From: Pyrinomonadaceae bacterium
GTDB taxonomy: Bacteria > Acidobacteriota > Blastocatellia > Pyrinomonadales > Pyrinomonadaceae
DNA length: 64,000 nucleotides
Direction: 5' to 3'
Assembly (NCBI GenBank): GCA_044867735.1
Contig: JBIOVO010000286.1
Coordinates: 1,666 to 65,665, forward strand
Made by a program: the position numbers and the translations under genes. Shown here piece after piece: positions 43,301 to 53,065 of the stretch (its first letter is position 1; each line of letters begins with the position of its first letter). The notes below the pieces were generated by a model. That model did no database searches. It was not told the DNA's origin and saw nothing but the letters and a program-made list of their open reading frames with translations.

Positions 43301-45086
43301 CACTCTCAAACCATTCGCTGTCAATCTCCACACATTGCACGTCCGCCGCTTCCGGCAACCGTTCGCGCAACTCGCTTTGCGTCAGCACCACCTTCACGCC
43401 GGCGTCGGCGATCATGTACTCCAGACGCTCGCGCGGATACTCCGCATCCAGCGGCAGATACGCGCCGCCTGCTTTCAGAATTCCCAGCAGTCCCGCAACC
43501 ATCGCGACACTTCGCTCGACGCAAATACCCACTACCACTTCCGGTCCGACACCGAGTTCCAGGAGCCGACGCGCAACCTGGTTCGCACGCTGGTTCAGTT
43601 CTGCATAACTAACTTCCTCACCTTCAGCGATCACTGCTACTGCTTCCGGTCGCCGCGCCGCCTGCTCCGCAAACAGTTCATGAATACAAGACTCTCGCGC
43701 ATATTCACGCTCTGTGTCGTTCCATTCCACTACTACCTGCCGCTCTTCTTCAGCACCCAGCATGCGCAGCTCGCCCACTTGCTGTTGCACACCCGCGGCC
43801 ATGCTCTCGAGTACCTGCTCCAGATGGCCCAACACTCGCTCGATCGTCTCTGCGTCGTACCGCTGCTCCTGATAAAGCGCCTTCAATATCAGTCGCTCCC
43901 CTGGCCCAACCATGACAGTCAGCGGATAGTTAGTCCGCTCGACGCTCTGTGCGCCCGCCACGCTCAAGCTACCGACAGCAGTCTCGGTCCCGTTGGTTAT
44001 CACCGGAGCTACGGGGTAGTTCTCGAAGGCCAGCAGCGTCTCGAACAAACCCACGCCGCGCTCGACTTCACTCCAACCCTGCACCTCTACCAGCGGGCTG
44101 TATTCGTACTGCCGCATCTCCGCCTGCTCTGCCTGCAACCGCTGCAACCACGGCCCCAACTCCGCGCCGCTCTCGATCTCTACTCGCAACGGCAGCGTGT
44201 TGATGAACAATCCCACCATCTGCTCCACGCCTGCCAACTCTGCCGGCCGCCCAGAAACCGTTACGCCATAGACCACGTCCTGCTCGCTGCTGTAGCGACT
44301 CAACAACACTGCCCACGCTCCCTGGACCACCGTGTTGAGTGTCACCTGTTGCTCTCGCGCCAATGTCTCGAGAGCCTTCGTGCTCTTCTCAGTCAGATAA
44401 CGCTCACTCTTTCCATCACCACCTTCCGGCCGCTCGCCACTCGGCGGCTCGAGCTCCAACCCCGCCGGCCTCTTGAACCCTTGGAGTCTCTTTCTCCAGT
44501 AGCTTTCCGCTGCACTCAGATCCTGTTGCTGTAACCAGCCGATGTAGTCGCGATACGATCGCGGCCGCGGCAACTCGACGACGTCGCCCTTCTGATACCC
44601 TTCATAGAAGTGGAACACTTCCTGTAACAGCAGCGACGTGCACCAGCCGTCCAGCAGGATGTGGTGAAAGCTCCACACGAACTGCCAGTCACTCTCGCCG
44701 AGGCGCAACAGCGTCATGCGCATCAACGGCGCCTGTTCGACTTCGAAACCACGCTGTCTGTCGGCACGCAGAAACGACTCGAGTTGGACCGTCTGTTCTT
44801 CATCGGTGACTCCGCGCCAATCCTGCTCTTCCCACGGGAGGGTTGCCTGTTGCCGCACCACCTGAAGCGATTCATTCAAGCCTTGGTGAACAAAAGCGGT
44901 TCGCAAGACGGAATGGCGATCGATCACTCGTTGCCAGGCCTGCCGAAACGCTTCAACGTTGAAGTCGCCTTGAACACGACAGCTCGCCTGGTCGATGTAA
45001 ACTTCAGAGTTCGGCGCGTAGAGAGAATGAAAGAGCATCCCCTGTTGCATAGGGGTAAGTGGATACACGTCTTCGACATTCTTCAT
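37311..45086 (-). CDS. NRPS, 2 modules: C(DCL-type)-A-T / C(LCL-type)-A-T-E
   Basis: This 2591-aa protein carries YPLTPMQQGMLFH, HHILLDGWC, YVIYTSGSTGQPKG, FFELGGHSL, LPLSFAQQRLWFL, MHHIVSDGWS, YLIYTSGSTGNPKG, FFELGGDSI and HHLVVDGVSWRI. It ends in the acidic tail TPSDFPEAELSQQELDELVAELS. Codes read by eye are DALWLGGTFK (Val-like) and DILQWGLIWK (Gly-like). Confidence 0.95.
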   Translation of the reverse strand: MKNVEDVYPLTPMQQGMLFHSLYAPNSEVYIDQASCRVQGDFNVEAFRQAWQRVIDRHSVLRTAFVHQGLNESLQVVRQQATLPWEEQDWRGVTDEEQTVQLESFLRADRQRGFEVEQAPLMRMTLLRLGESDWQFVWSFHHILLDGWCTSLLLQEVFHFYEGYQKGDVVELPRPRSYRDYIGWLQQQDLSAAESYWRKRLQGFKRPAGLELEPPSGERPEGGDGKSERYLTEKSTKALETLAREQQVTLNTVVQGAWAVLLSRYSSEQDVVYGVTVSGRPAELAGVEQMVGLFINTLPLRVEIESGAELGPWLQRLQAEQAEMRQYEYSPLVEVQGWSEVERGVGLFETLLAFENYPVAPVITNGTETAVGSLSVAGAQSVERTNYPLTVMVGPGERLILKALYQEQRYDAETIERVLGHLEQVLESMAAGVQQQVGELRMLGAEEERQVVVEWNDTEREYARESCIHELFAEQAARRPEAVAVIAEGEEVSYAELNQRANQVARRLLELGVGPEVVVGICVERSVAMVAGLLGILKAGGAYLPLDAEYPRERLEYMIADAGVKVVLTQSELRERLPEAADVQCVEIDSEWFESEAGFEWSSNPESGASAETLCYVIYTSGSTGQPKGVAVPHRGVVRLVQHSNYVTLDEKEVVLQMAPVSFDASTLEIWGALLNGARLVVMAAGQPSLAEIAATMARHSVSTMWLTAGLFQVMATEQLESLREVKQLLAGGDVLGVRAVQAVLDGEGPKERVLINGYGPTENTTFSCCHVMRAGEVVAGESVPIGKAITNTRVYVLDEQMRPAPVGVRGELYLGGDGLARGYVGRAELTAERFVPDVVSGRAGERLYRTGDVVRWNAAGELEFIGRADQQVKVRGYRVELGEVEEALAGYEGISESVVIVRAEGESEKRLVGYVVTAGGAELEVNELRAYLETKLPEYMIPSVFVELTELPLTANGKVDRKALEAADLELKGKQEYEAPRTAVEELLAGIWAEVLGVERVGIHDNFFELGGHSLLATQVISRVRETFILELPLRSLFEAPQLSSFAEAVEQGMREEQQVEAPPMAPVSRERVLPLSFAQQRLWFLDQLEPMSNAYNVPAVVRLHGPFDPEVFTKAVEEVMRRHESLRTRFVTERGRARQEISAATELEVPIIDLRSYEGVEQAEEVRRLATVEVRKPFDLTVGPLVRLTVLQLSENEHVLMLTMHHIVSDGWSMGVLMRELTVLYDAFSRRELSPLPELPIQYADYAVWQREWLQGEVLDQQMKYWREQLQGAPPVLELPTDHPRPAVQSFRGGVLHRRLSGELLHQIEALSRREGVTLYMSVLAAFAVVLARYSGQQEIVVGTPIAGRTRQEIEGLIGFFVNTLVLRTRVEEQESVRQLLERVREVCLGAYTHQEVPFEQLVEELQPERDLSHQPLFQVMYELEGGGDEKGWQIGDMQVELEGVEGEISKFDLTLRVRQGQEGWELAIEYKQDLFEEATIARILEHLERVLQGMVADVKQQVRRLELLSGAEQDQLLNQWNETAREYADEICVQQLFEARAAERPQAVALVCEGEQVSYGELNRRSNQLAHFLRELGVGPEVVVGLCMDRSVEMVVGLLGILKAGGAYLPLDPTYPQQRLSFMLSDAAPSILLTKDSLITSLPQSAARVLCLDADQPLFFNYSDENPEANVGPFNLAYLIYTSGSTGNPKGVQIQHRALVNFLHSMRREPGLTANDYLVAVTSLSFDIAALEIFLPLICGAQVEVVSRELAAQGQLLKERLIAGNATVMQATPATWRILAGAGLEGLDNLQRWCGGEALNRELANDLIGEGSVLWNLYGPTETTIWSGLWRVAPGSGSVLIGKPIANTQFYVLDEQLRPAPIGVPGELYIGGDGVGRGYMNRPELTADRFIANPFGNDKGSRLYRTGDVVKWKAEGELEYVERRDQQVKVRGFRIELGEVETALNEHPSVMVSVAAVKEDGAGNKRLVAYVVEEPGSGVSARELRENLREKLPEYMVPTQLMKIEALPLTPNGKVDRKKLPSLEGMSLILNEYVAPRSMSEAMLAEIWQRALGVERVGINDNFFELGGDSIISIQIIAISRERGFQFTPKDLFQHQTIATLLEAIGSGGVIDAEQGLVTGPVRLTPSQAWFFEQELSEPEHFNQSLMFEVLEEVDAELLQRAAQQVVLQHDALRLRFERTESGWSQYHADAAEPVSFTRFDLSTVPENEHRAAIEAEAAAVQASLNLSEGPLVRFVYFDPGAGQTARLLVVCHHLVVDGVSWRIILEDLQQSYRSLVAGEEVPLSLKSTSYQQWAEEVAAYAESDAAKEQEDYWLHADREQVQRLPRDYESREENLVSSAGMVTVSLSQAETEALLQEVPAAYYTQINEVLLSAVAVALKQWSSQRLLLIDMEGHGRDPISERVDASRTVGWFTTIYPVLLEVPGNETVGEVLKQVKEQIRRIPEQGTGYGILRYLGAEGVRDRLREMPQAEVLFNYSGQFDQTLSDGAMLAQAGENPGMGRSAKNQRKHLLEISGGVAGGRLQLTWIYSQQTHKRETVEGVAADFITALQQLIEQCQWGEVAGFTPSDFPEAELSQQELDELVAELS

Positions 45087-45130
45087 TTCAGTAACTTTTC
45101 CTTTTAGCGAGGTTGCGGTGATGGTGCTGT

Positions 45131-45174
45131 CCGCAGATTACACTGATTCAGATATCAATCTGCGTAATCTGTGG
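45131..45174. repeat. Intercistronic palindrome in the only sizeable gap (115 nt) between NRPS genes
   Basis: ccgcagattacac (45131-45143) pairs with gcgtaatctgtgg (45162-45174), with an inner GATT-cagatatc-AATC palindrome. It uses the same CRCAGATTAC word as the 12.8-kb and 19.7-kb palindromes. Confidence 0.6.
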
Positions 45175-45201
45175 ATGATTTGTTTTCGGAAAGATGTAGG
45201 A

Positions 45202-48200
45202 CTATAAATTTTGACTAAGCGCGGCGTTATCGATGTTCTTGAGCAAGAGCGACAGCTTTTCCAACTTATCGCTATCAAGCTGTGCCAGCGGAAAATCTGA
45301 CGGTGTGTAGCCGCCCGCGTCTTCACTCGTGCAGTGCTGGATGATGGCCCTTAAACTCTGCACATACGCCGCCGCCAGTCCAGCGATCGTTTCCTCGTCG
45401 TGAACCCGTGTGCTGTAGCCGAAACTCACTTGCAACCGCCCGGCGGCGATCATCGAGTTGATCTCGAGGAGGTACATCCGCCGGCCTAACGCTGCGCGGT
45501 ATGGTCCACTCGACTCGGAAGCCACTCCAAAGATCGTATCTTCACTAAGCACTCGATCCATCTGGCCGAGGTAGTTGAAGCTCACCTCCGCCTGCGGCAA
45601 CTCACGAAATTGATTTCCTAACTCGCCGCCAAGGTAACGCAGCGCGCCATATCCGATCCCCTGCCCTGGTATCCCGCGCACCTGCTCCTTGACCTGCTTC
45701 ACGACTTCGCCGATCTCTTCTCGCTTGCCAACGACTTCCAACAACACCGGATAGATCGACGTGAACCAACCCACCGTACGCGACACATCCACGCGCTCGC
45801 TGATCGGTTCGCGCCCGTGACCCTCGACATCTACCAGCACCACGCGCGACCCACTCCACTCTCCCAGCGCCAGCGCCAACCCACTCAGCAGCACTTCATT
45901 GATCTGCGTGTGATAGACACCAGGGACTTCCTGCAACAGCGCCTCTGTCTCCTCACGGCTCAACGTCTCCACCACAACCGCCGCGCTGCTCACAGAGTTC
46001 TCGCCTTCGTAATCGCGCGGGATGCTCAGCACCTGCTCTCGCTCAGCACGCAGCCAGTACTCCGCCTGCCCACGAACCACGGCACTCTGCACATATTCGG
46101 CCAACGCCTGCGACCACTGCTGGAACGAACTGCTCTTGCTTGGCAACTGCACTGCTTCAGCCGCTGCCAGCGCCCGATACGCCTCCTGCAGGTCGGCCAA
46201 CAGAATTCGCCACGACACTCCATCCACCACGAGGTGATGACAAACCAGCAGCAACCGCGCTGCTTGTCCGGATCCCAACTCGAAGTACACCACTCGCAGC
46301 AACGGTCCTTCACTAAGGTTCAGACTCGCCTGCACTGCCGCCGCCTCTGCTTCGATCGCTGCACTCTGCTCAATGGTCGGCACGGCACTCAGATCAAATC
46401 TGGTGAAACTCTCTTGCCCTTCCGCACCGGCGTGATATTGCCGCCAACCTGATTCCGATCGTTCGAACCGCAACCGCAGCGCATCGTGATGCAGCACAAT
46501 CTGCCGCACTGCCTCGCCCAGCACTTCCGGATCCAACGCCTCTCTCACTTCCAGCAACAGGCTTTGATTGAAGTGATGCGGCTCGCTGATCTCCTGCTCG
46601 AAGAACCAGTGCTGAATCGGAGTCAATGCCACCGGGCCCATCACAAGTCCCTGCTCCGCCACGACCTCAGCCGCTGTTCCCGCAACCGCCGCCAACTTCG
46701 CCACGGTCTGATGCTGGAAAAGATCCTTCGGCGAAAGCCGCAGACCAGCCTGGTTAGCACGAGAGATCACTTGAATGCTGAGAATCGAATCGCCACCCAA
46801 CTCGAAGAAGTTGTCGTGAATGCCGACTCGCTCAACTCCCAACATCTTCGCCCAAATAGCGGCGAGCGTTTCTTCGATCTCCGTCTGTGGCATCACATAC
46901 TCGTGCTCAAATTCCGGTTGCACTCCGGTTGGCACTGGTAGTGATTTGCGGTCCACTTTTCCACTCGGCGTCAATGGCAGTTCATCCAAGATCATGAACA
47001 CCGAAGGAACCATGTACTCGGGAAGATGCTGCTGTAGAAAACGCCGCAACCCACTCGTAGAAACCTCTGGACCATCATGCGGTACGACATAAGCCACCAG
47101 GCTCTTAACACTTTCACGTTCCTGTAGACTCACTGCGGCTACCGCAACATCCGGATGACCAAGCAACAGGTTCTCGATCTCGCTTAACTCGATGCGGAAG
47201 CCGCGAACCTTAACCTGCTGATCGATTCGACCGGCAAACTCAACATCGCCATTCGGCAAGTATCTTGCGACATCTCCGGTACGGTACAAGCGCGCCCCGG
47301 GCTCATCGCTAAACGGATTCGGAATGAACTTCTCGGCAGTGAATTCGGGACGATTGAGATATCCTCTGGCCACGCCTGCGCCGCCGATATAGAGTTCGCC
47401 GAACACGCGAGCCGGAACTACCTTCAAGTCAGCGTCAAGAATATAAAGGCGAGTATTGTTTATAGGCCGGCCTATCGGGATCCGGCTGAGCGAACCGAGC
47501 TCATCCTGAACGAGAGGCATTTCGTACAGAGTCGTCAGCACGGTCGCTTCTGTTGGTCCATAGGCGTTGAAGACCTGCATCGGATGATGTACGGCTGCGA
47601 CAAACGCTTTAGCTTTTTCTATCGAAGGACTATCACCGCCGGCAACGATGGTGCGAATTGACTGCGGCACAGTGCCTCCCGATTGGCTCAGTTCGTCCGC
47701 CATCTGGTGCCAGTAGCTAACCGGCAGGTCCATCTTGGTGACACCTAACCGGCCGCATTCGTCGAGCAGCTCAGCAGCGGAGAGATCTTTAATATTTTGA
47801 CGCAGCACCAAGGCAGCGCCGCAGCACAGCGTCGGGAAAATCTCTTCCACGGACGCGTCAAAACTCAACGAGATAAACTGGAACTGTCGATCGCTGCTCT
47901 GCATTCCATACTGATCGATCATCGTCAGAGCGCGATTCGTCAGTCCTTTGTGATAGAGCATTACGCCTTTGGGAATGCCCGTCGAGCCAGACGTATAGAT
48001 GACATAGGCCAGGTTTGCACTATCAACAGCCGGCGGCAGATTCTCTTCGGTTTGCTCGGCGATCGTGTTCCAATCACTATCAAGACTGACGGTTTGAATC
48101 CCAGGCGCGGCTACTTTGTCCCGCAACCGCTTTTGCGTGATCAAAACATGCGCGGCAGCGTCATCGAGCATGAAGGAAAGTCTCTGCTGCGGATACTCAG

Positions 48201-51200
48201 GATCCAGCGGCAAGTACGCGCCGCCTGCCTTCAAGATTCCGAGCAGTCCCACCACCATCTCCACGCTTTTCTCCACACACAACCCGACCACCACTTCCGG
48301 ACCAACTCCCAACTCCTGTAAATGACGCGCCAGTTGATTGCTGCGCCGGTTCAACTCGCCATAACTAACCTGATCGCCTTCGCATACCACCGCCACCGTT
48401 TCCGGCTGCGCCGCCGCGCGCGCTTCAAACAACTGCTGCACACACACTTCATCTTCATAGTCGCGCTCCGTCTTATTCCATTGCTCCAGCAGTTGGTCCT
48501 GCTCAGAGGCACTCAGCAGTTCTAACCTGCTTACCTCCTGCCGGACGTCCGCCGCCATTCCTTCCAACACTCGCTCCACATGCTCCAGCATCCGCGCGAT
48601 CGTCGCTTCTTCAAACAGGTCCTGCTTGTACTCCATTGCCAGTTCCCAACCGGCCTGCCCCTGCTTCACGCGCAACGACAAATCAAACTTCGCGACTCCG
48701 CTCTCGAGTTCCTCCGACCCCACTTGCAGCTCGCCGATCTTCCATCCGTGTTCGTCGCCCCCGCCTTCCAGAGCAAACATCACCTGAAACAGTGGCTGAT
48801 GACTTAAGTCGCGCTCCGGCTGCAACTCTTCCACCAATTGCTCAAACGCCACGTCCTGGTGCGTGTATGCGCCCAAACACACTTCACGCACCCGCGACAG
48901 CAATTGCCGCACACTGTCCTGCTCTTCGACTCGCGTTCGCAGTACCAACGTGTTCACGAAAAATCCGATGAGCTCTTCTATCTCACGCCGCGTCCGTCCT
49001 GCGATCGGCGTTCCTACCGTGATATCGCGCTCTCCGCTGTACCGCGCCAGCACTACCACAAACGCCGCCAGGACGCTCATGTACATGGTCAATCCTTCAC
49101 GCCGGCTGAGCGCCTCGATCTGATGCAGCAACTCTCCTGACAAGCGTCGCTTCAGCATTCGCCCGCGAAGACTCTGCACCGCCGGTCGCGGATGATCGGT
49201 TGGCAACTCGAGCACCGGCGGTGCTCCCTGTAACTGCTCGCGCCAATATTTCAGTTGCTGTTCCAGCACTTCGCCCTGGAGCCACGCTCGTTGCCAGTTC
49301 GCATAGTCAGCATACTGAATCGGCAACTCTGGCAGTGGCGACGCCTCTCCCCGGCTGAAAGCATGGTAAAGAACTATCAGTTCCCGCATCAGCACGGTCA
49401 TGGACCAGCCGTCGCTCACGATGTGATGCATCGTGAGCATCAACACATGCTCGTTCTCAGCCAGTTGCACCACCGTCAACCGCAGCAATGGTCCACCGGC
49501 CAGGTCAAACGGTTTCTGCATATCCAGCCCCGCCAGCCGCCGCACTTCGCTCTCCTGCTCATCCGCAGTCATCTGCCTTAAATCAAACAGCGGCACGTCC
49601 AGCGCGACGCTTTCATCGATCACTTGCGAGGCCCGTCCCTCGTCCGTTACAAACCGCGTGCGCAACGACTCATGTCGTCGCATGACTTCTTCCACTGCCT
49701 GCTTGAACACACTCGGAATGAACGGCCCATGCAGACGAACAACCGACGGTATGTTGTAAGCGTTCGACATCGGCTCCAGTTGGTCCAGGAACCACAGTCG
49801 CTGCTGTGAGAACGACAATGGCAACTCTTGCTCGCGGCTGACTGCAACCAACGGAGGCGCGGCTATGGCGTGTTGTGAGCGCAGGGCATCATCGACATAG
49901 AGGGCCAGCGCTTCGATAGTTGGCGCATCGAAAAAGACCCGGAAAGGAAGTTCGATTCTGAACGTCTCAGAGATCCTGGAGATGACTTGCGTTGCCACCA
50001 GCGAGTGTCCGCCCAGGTCAAAGAAGTTATCGCTGACGCTGAGTTGCTTAACTCCGAGCACTTCTCCCCAGATGCCGATCAGTAACTCTTCGACAGGATT
50101 CCGCGCTCGAGCTACTTCACCTTCAGGTTCGTCTGTATCGGTTTCCTCGTACGAGAGCAACGCCTGCCTGTCGACTTTTCCGTTCGGCGTCAACGGCAAT
50201 TGGTCCAGTTGCACAAAGTTGGATGGGACCATGTACTCCGGGATTCGTTCCGCCAGATACTTTCGCAGCTCGCTCGAGCCGATACGTGCTTCTTCACTCA
50301 CCACGTATGCTACGAGTCGCTTGTCTCCGGACGGATCGTCCTGCGCCACTACCACGCTTTCTCGCACTGCCGGATACTCGTTCAGCGCAGTTTCGATCTC
50401 ACCGATCTCGATTCTGAAACCTCTGACTTTGATCTGGTGATCGCTGCGTCCCAGGAACTCTATGTTTCCGTCCGGCAGATAGCGCGCTCTGTCACCGGTT
50501 CGATAAAGCCGCGCTTCGGAACTAAACGGATGCGGCACAAACTTCTCTGCTGTTAAGCGAATGTCATTGATATACCCGGCGCCAACACCATCTCCACCGA
50601 TGCACAACTCGCCCGCCACACCAACCGGCAACACATTGAGATCTCGATCCAGGATGTAAAGTTCTGCATTAAAGATCGGCTTGCCAATCGGAACTGTCGC
50701 ATCCTGGGATTGCTGAGTATCGAGACGATGGAAAGCTACTATGTCGGTGCATTCGGTCGGACCGTAGGTATTTACGATGCTGGTCTTGAATTCAAAAAAC
50801 TCTGTCCACGAGGACAACCGCTGACGCGAGATAGGTTCCCCGCCCAAAAACAAGTGTCTTAAAGAAACCAGCTTGATGAGCGAATCGTAATCGCCGTTAT
50901 CAATGAGCGGATAAAACGCACTCGGCGTGCAATTGAGCAGCGTGATTTCGTGTTCTGCGATCAAGTCAGCTATCAACGTCGGGTCGTAGCCGGCTTCCAC
51001 GGGAGTCAAATACAAAGTGCCGCCGACCATGAGTGGAGTAAAGATGTTCTTTTGCGTGAGATCGAAACTGAGCGACGTCATCAGGAGTATTCGATCCGCG
51101 GCGGTGATCTGGAAGTCGTTGATGAACCAATTGAACGTGTTTACGAGACCCTGATGATAAACGCCCGCGCCTTTTGGCGTTCCGGTCGAACCTGACGTGT

Positions 51201-53055
51201 AAATCACATACGCGAGGTTCTGACTATTCACTTGAACGTCGGGATTGAGTTCACTTCGCTGACTAATAGTGGGCCAGTCTGAGTCGAGACACACGACCTT
51301 GGCGCTGTGTTCGGGCAGGACGGAGAGTAGTTTGTGTTGGGTCAACAACACCGGCACGCGCGCCTCACTCAACATCAACGCCAATCGTTCCTGAGGGTAA
51401 GACGGATCGAGTGGAACGTATGCACCACCCGCTTTCCAGATACCCATTAAGCCGATCAGCATCTCCACACTTCGTTCGACGCAGATACCGACCAACGTGT
51501 TTGGTCCGACTCCGAGTGACCGGAGTTGATGGGCCAGTTGATTGGCTTTGCGGTCCAGTTCCGCGTAGCTGATCTGCTCGTTACCGGAAACTACCGCGAT
51601 TGCGTCCGGTGTTCTGGCCACTTGTGCTTCGATCAACTCATGAACACAACTCTCGTGAGGATAAAGCGTTTGCGTACTGTTCAAATCGACGAGTAGCTGA
51701 TGCTCTTCCGCTTCCGTCAACAACTGCAATTCGGAAACGTGTTGCTGAGCATTGGCCGCCATGCTGGCCAGCACTTGCTCGAAATGCCGGAGCATATGAC
51801 CGACGGCGCCTGCTGAGAATTTGTGCTCCTCATACATGGCTCGCACATTCATACACACACCGGGAGTGACGACGACTGAGAGTGGGTAGTTGGTTCGCTC
51901 GAGGTTGCGGCCCTGTGTAATGCTCAGAGAAACTGCCGCCGAATTTGAGTCGCCGCTTTGCGCCTGGATAGTCGGAAAGTTTTCATAGGCCAGCAGAATG
52001 TCGAACAAACTCACGCCACGCTCGACTTCACTCCAGCCCTGCACCTCAACCAGCGGACTGTACTCATACTGCCTCATCTCCGCCTGCTCTACCTGCAACC
52101 TCTGGAGCCAGTTTCCTACTTCCTTTTCGCTCTCGACTTGCACACGCATCGGCAGTGCGTTGATGAACAACCCCACCATCTGCTCAACGCCAGCCAGCTC
52201 CGCGGGCCGTCCCGACACCGTCACGCCGTAAAGCACATCCCGTTCGCCACTGTAGCGACTCATCAACACCGCCCACGCTCCCTGAATCACGGTGTTCACT
52301 GTCACCTGCTGCTGGCGCGCCAATACCTCTACCGCACGGCTCGTTTGCTCGCTGATCTCTCTGCTCTGCTCTCCATAACTATTGGCACTGTCCTGCGGCT
52401 GTCGGAGTTCGCCGAAATCCAGCGTCGTCGGCGCCGTCAAACCCTTCAGTCTCTTTCTCCAATAGGTTTCCGCAGCTCCGAGATCCTGTCGCTGGAGCCA
52501 GCGAATGTAATCGCGATACGGTCGTGGTCGCGGCAGTAGCAGTTTCTCTCCGCGCGTGTATGCGTCGTAGAAACCGAAGACTTCTTGCAACAATAAAGAC
52601 AGGCACCAACCGTCGAGGAGGATGTGATGAAAGGTCCAAACGAAGTGCCAGCGATCGTCGCCCAATCGCAAGAGGGCGAAGCGCATCAGGGGAGGCTTGG
52701 AAAGATCGAAGCCGCGTGCGCGATCGGAAAGAAGGAAGTCATGAAGTTGTTGTTGTTGGTCGGATGGTGAGAGTTCACGCCAGTCGAGTACTTCCCAGGG
52801 CAGAGTTGTCTGTCTGTAGACAAACTGCAAGGGTTGCTTAAGGCCGTCTTTAACAAAGATGCTGCGTAGAGCCTGATGACGATTTACTATCTGTTGCCAG
52901 GCGTGCTGGAACGCCGAGACATTCAACTCTCCTTGTAGCCCATTGCTAAAGGTGTTGATATAGGTCCCCACCTCCGGCGCATACAGGCCGTGAAAGAGCA
53001 TTCCCTCCTGTAAAGGGGAAAGGGGATAGAAATCTTCTATATCTTTTAGATTCAT
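45202..53055 (-). CDS. NRPS, 2 modules: C(DCL-type)-A-T / C(LCL-type)-A-T-E
   Basis: This 2617-aa protein carries YPLSPLQEGMLFH, HHILLDGWC, YVIYTSGSTGTPKG, FFDLGGHSL, LPLSFSQQRLWFL, MHHIVSDGWS, YVIYTSGSTGIPKG, FFELGGDSI and HHLVVDGVSWRI. Codes read by eye are DLKNFGTDIK (unassigned) and DAEDVGAVLK (an acidic pocket, suggesting a cationic side chain). Confidence 0.95.
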   Translation of the reverse strand: MNLKDIEDFYPLSPLQEGMLFHGLYAPEVGTYINTFSNGLQGELNVSAFQHAWQQIVNRHQALRSIFVKDGLKQPLQFVYRQTTLPWEVLDWRELSPSDQQQQLHDFLLSDRARGFDLSKPPLMRFALLRLGDDRWHFVWTFHHILLDGWCLSLLLQEVFGFYDAYTRGEKLLLPRPRPYRDYIRWLQRQDLGAAETYWRKRLKGLTAPTTLDFGELRQPQDSANSYGEQSREISEQTSRAVEVLARQQQVTVNTVIQGAWAVLMSRYSGERDVLYGVTVSGRPAELAGVEQMVGLFINALPMRVQVESEKEVGNWLQRLQVEQAEMRQYEYSPLVEVQGWSEVERGVSLFDILLAYENFPTIQAQSGDSNSAAVSLSITQGRNLERTNYPLSVVVTPGVCMNVRAMYEEHKFSAGAVGHMLRHFEQVLASMAANAQQHVSELQLLTEAEEHQLLVDLNSTQTLYPHESCVHELIEAQVARTPDAIAVVSGNEQISYAELDRKANQLAHQLRSLGVGPNTLVGICVERSVEMLIGLMGIWKAGGAYVPLDPSYPQERLALMLSEARVPVLLTQHKLLSVLPEHSAKVVCLDSDWPTISQRSELNPDVQVNSQNLAYVIYTSGSTGTPKGAGVYHQGLVNTFNWFINDFQITAADRILLMTSLSFDLTQKNIFTPLMVGGTLYLTPVEAGYDPTLIADLIAEHEITLLNCTPSAFYPLIDNGDYDSLIKLVSLRHLFLGGEPISRQRLSSWTEFFEFKTSIVNTYGPTECTDIVAFHRLDTQQSQDATVPIGKPIFNAELYILDRDLNVLPVGVAGELCIGGDGVGAGYINDIRLTAEKFVPHPFSSEARLYRTGDRARYLPDGNIEFLGRSDHQIKVRGFRIEIGEIETALNEYPAVRESVVVAQDDPSGDKRLVAYVVSEEARIGSSELRKYLAERIPEYMVPSNFVQLDQLPLTPNGKVDRQALLSYEETDTDEPEGEVARARNPVEELLIGIWGEVLGVKQLSVSDNFFDLGGHSLVATQVISRISETFRIELPFRVFFDAPTIEALALYVDDALRSQHAIAAPPLVAVSREQELPLSFSQQRLWFLDQLEPMSNAYNIPSVVRLHGPFIPSVFKQAVEEVMRRHESLRTRFVTDEGRASQVIDESVALDVPLFDLRQMTADEQESEVRRLAGLDMQKPFDLAGGPLLRLTVVQLAENEHVLMLTMHHIVSDGWSMTVLMRELIVLYHAFSRGEASPLPELPIQYADYANWQRAWLQGEVLEQQLKYWREQLQGAPPVLELPTDHPRPAVQSLRGRMLKRRLSGELLHQIEALSRREGLTMYMSVLAAFVVVLARYSGERDITVGTPIAGRTRREIEELIGFFVNTLVLRTRVEEQDSVRQLLSRVREVCLGAYTHQDVAFEQLVEELQPERDLSHQPLFQVMFALEGGGDEHGWKIGELQVGSEELESGVAKFDLSLRVKQGQAGWELAMEYKQDLFEEATIARMLEHVERVLEGMAADVRQEVSRLELLSASEQDQLLEQWNKTERDYEDEVCVQQLFEARAAAQPETVAVVCEGDQVSYGELNRRSNQLARHLQELGVGPEVVVGLCVEKSVEMVVGLLGILKAGGAYLPLDPEYPQQRLSFMLDDAAAHVLITQKRLRDKVAAPGIQTVSLDSDWNTIAEQTEENLPPAVDSANLAYVIYTSGSTGIPKGVMLYHKGLTNRALTMIDQYGMQSSDRQFQFISLSFDASVEEIFPTLCCGAALVLRQNIKDLSAAELLDECGRLGVTKMDLPVSYWHQMADELSQSGGTVPQSIRTIVAGGDSPSIEKAKAFVAAVHHPMQVFNAYGPTEATVLTTLYEMPLVQDELGSLSRIPIGRPINNTRLYILDADLKVVPARVFGELYIGGAGVARGYLNRPEFTAEKFIPNPFSDEPGARLYRTGDVARYLPNGDVEFAGRIDQQVKVRGFRIELSEIENLLLGHPDVAVAAVSLQERESVKSLVAYVVPHDGPEVSTSGLRRFLQQHLPEYMVPSVFMILDELPLTPSGKVDRKSLPVPTGVQPEFEHEYVMPQTEIEETLAAIWAKMLGVERVGIHDNFFELGGDSILSIQVISRANQAGLRLSPKDLFQHQTVAKLAAVAGTAAEVVAEQGLVMGPVALTPIQHWFFEQEISEPHHFNQSLLLEVREALDPEVLGEAVRQIVLHHDALRLRFERSESGWRQYHAGAEGQESFTRFDLSAVPTIEQSAAIEAEAAAVQASLNLSEGPLLRVVYFELGSGQAARLLLVCHHLVVDGVSWRILLADLQEAYRALAAAEAVQLPSKSSSFQQWSQALAEYVQSAVVRGQAEYWLRAEREQVLSIPRDYEGENSVSSAAVVVETLSREETEALLQEVPGVYHTQINEVLLSGLALALGEWSGSRVVLVDVEGHGREPISERVDVSRTVGWFTSIYPVLLEVVGKREEIGEVVKQVKEQVRGIPGQGIGYGALRYLGGELGNQFRELPQAEVSFNYLGQMDRVLSEDTIFGVASESSGPYRAALGRRMYLLEINSMIAAGRLQVSFGYSTRVHDEETIAGLAAAYVQSLRAIIQHCTSEDAGGYTPSDFPLAQLDSDKLEKLSLLLKNIDNAALSQNL

Positions 53056-53065
53056 CGTGATGTTC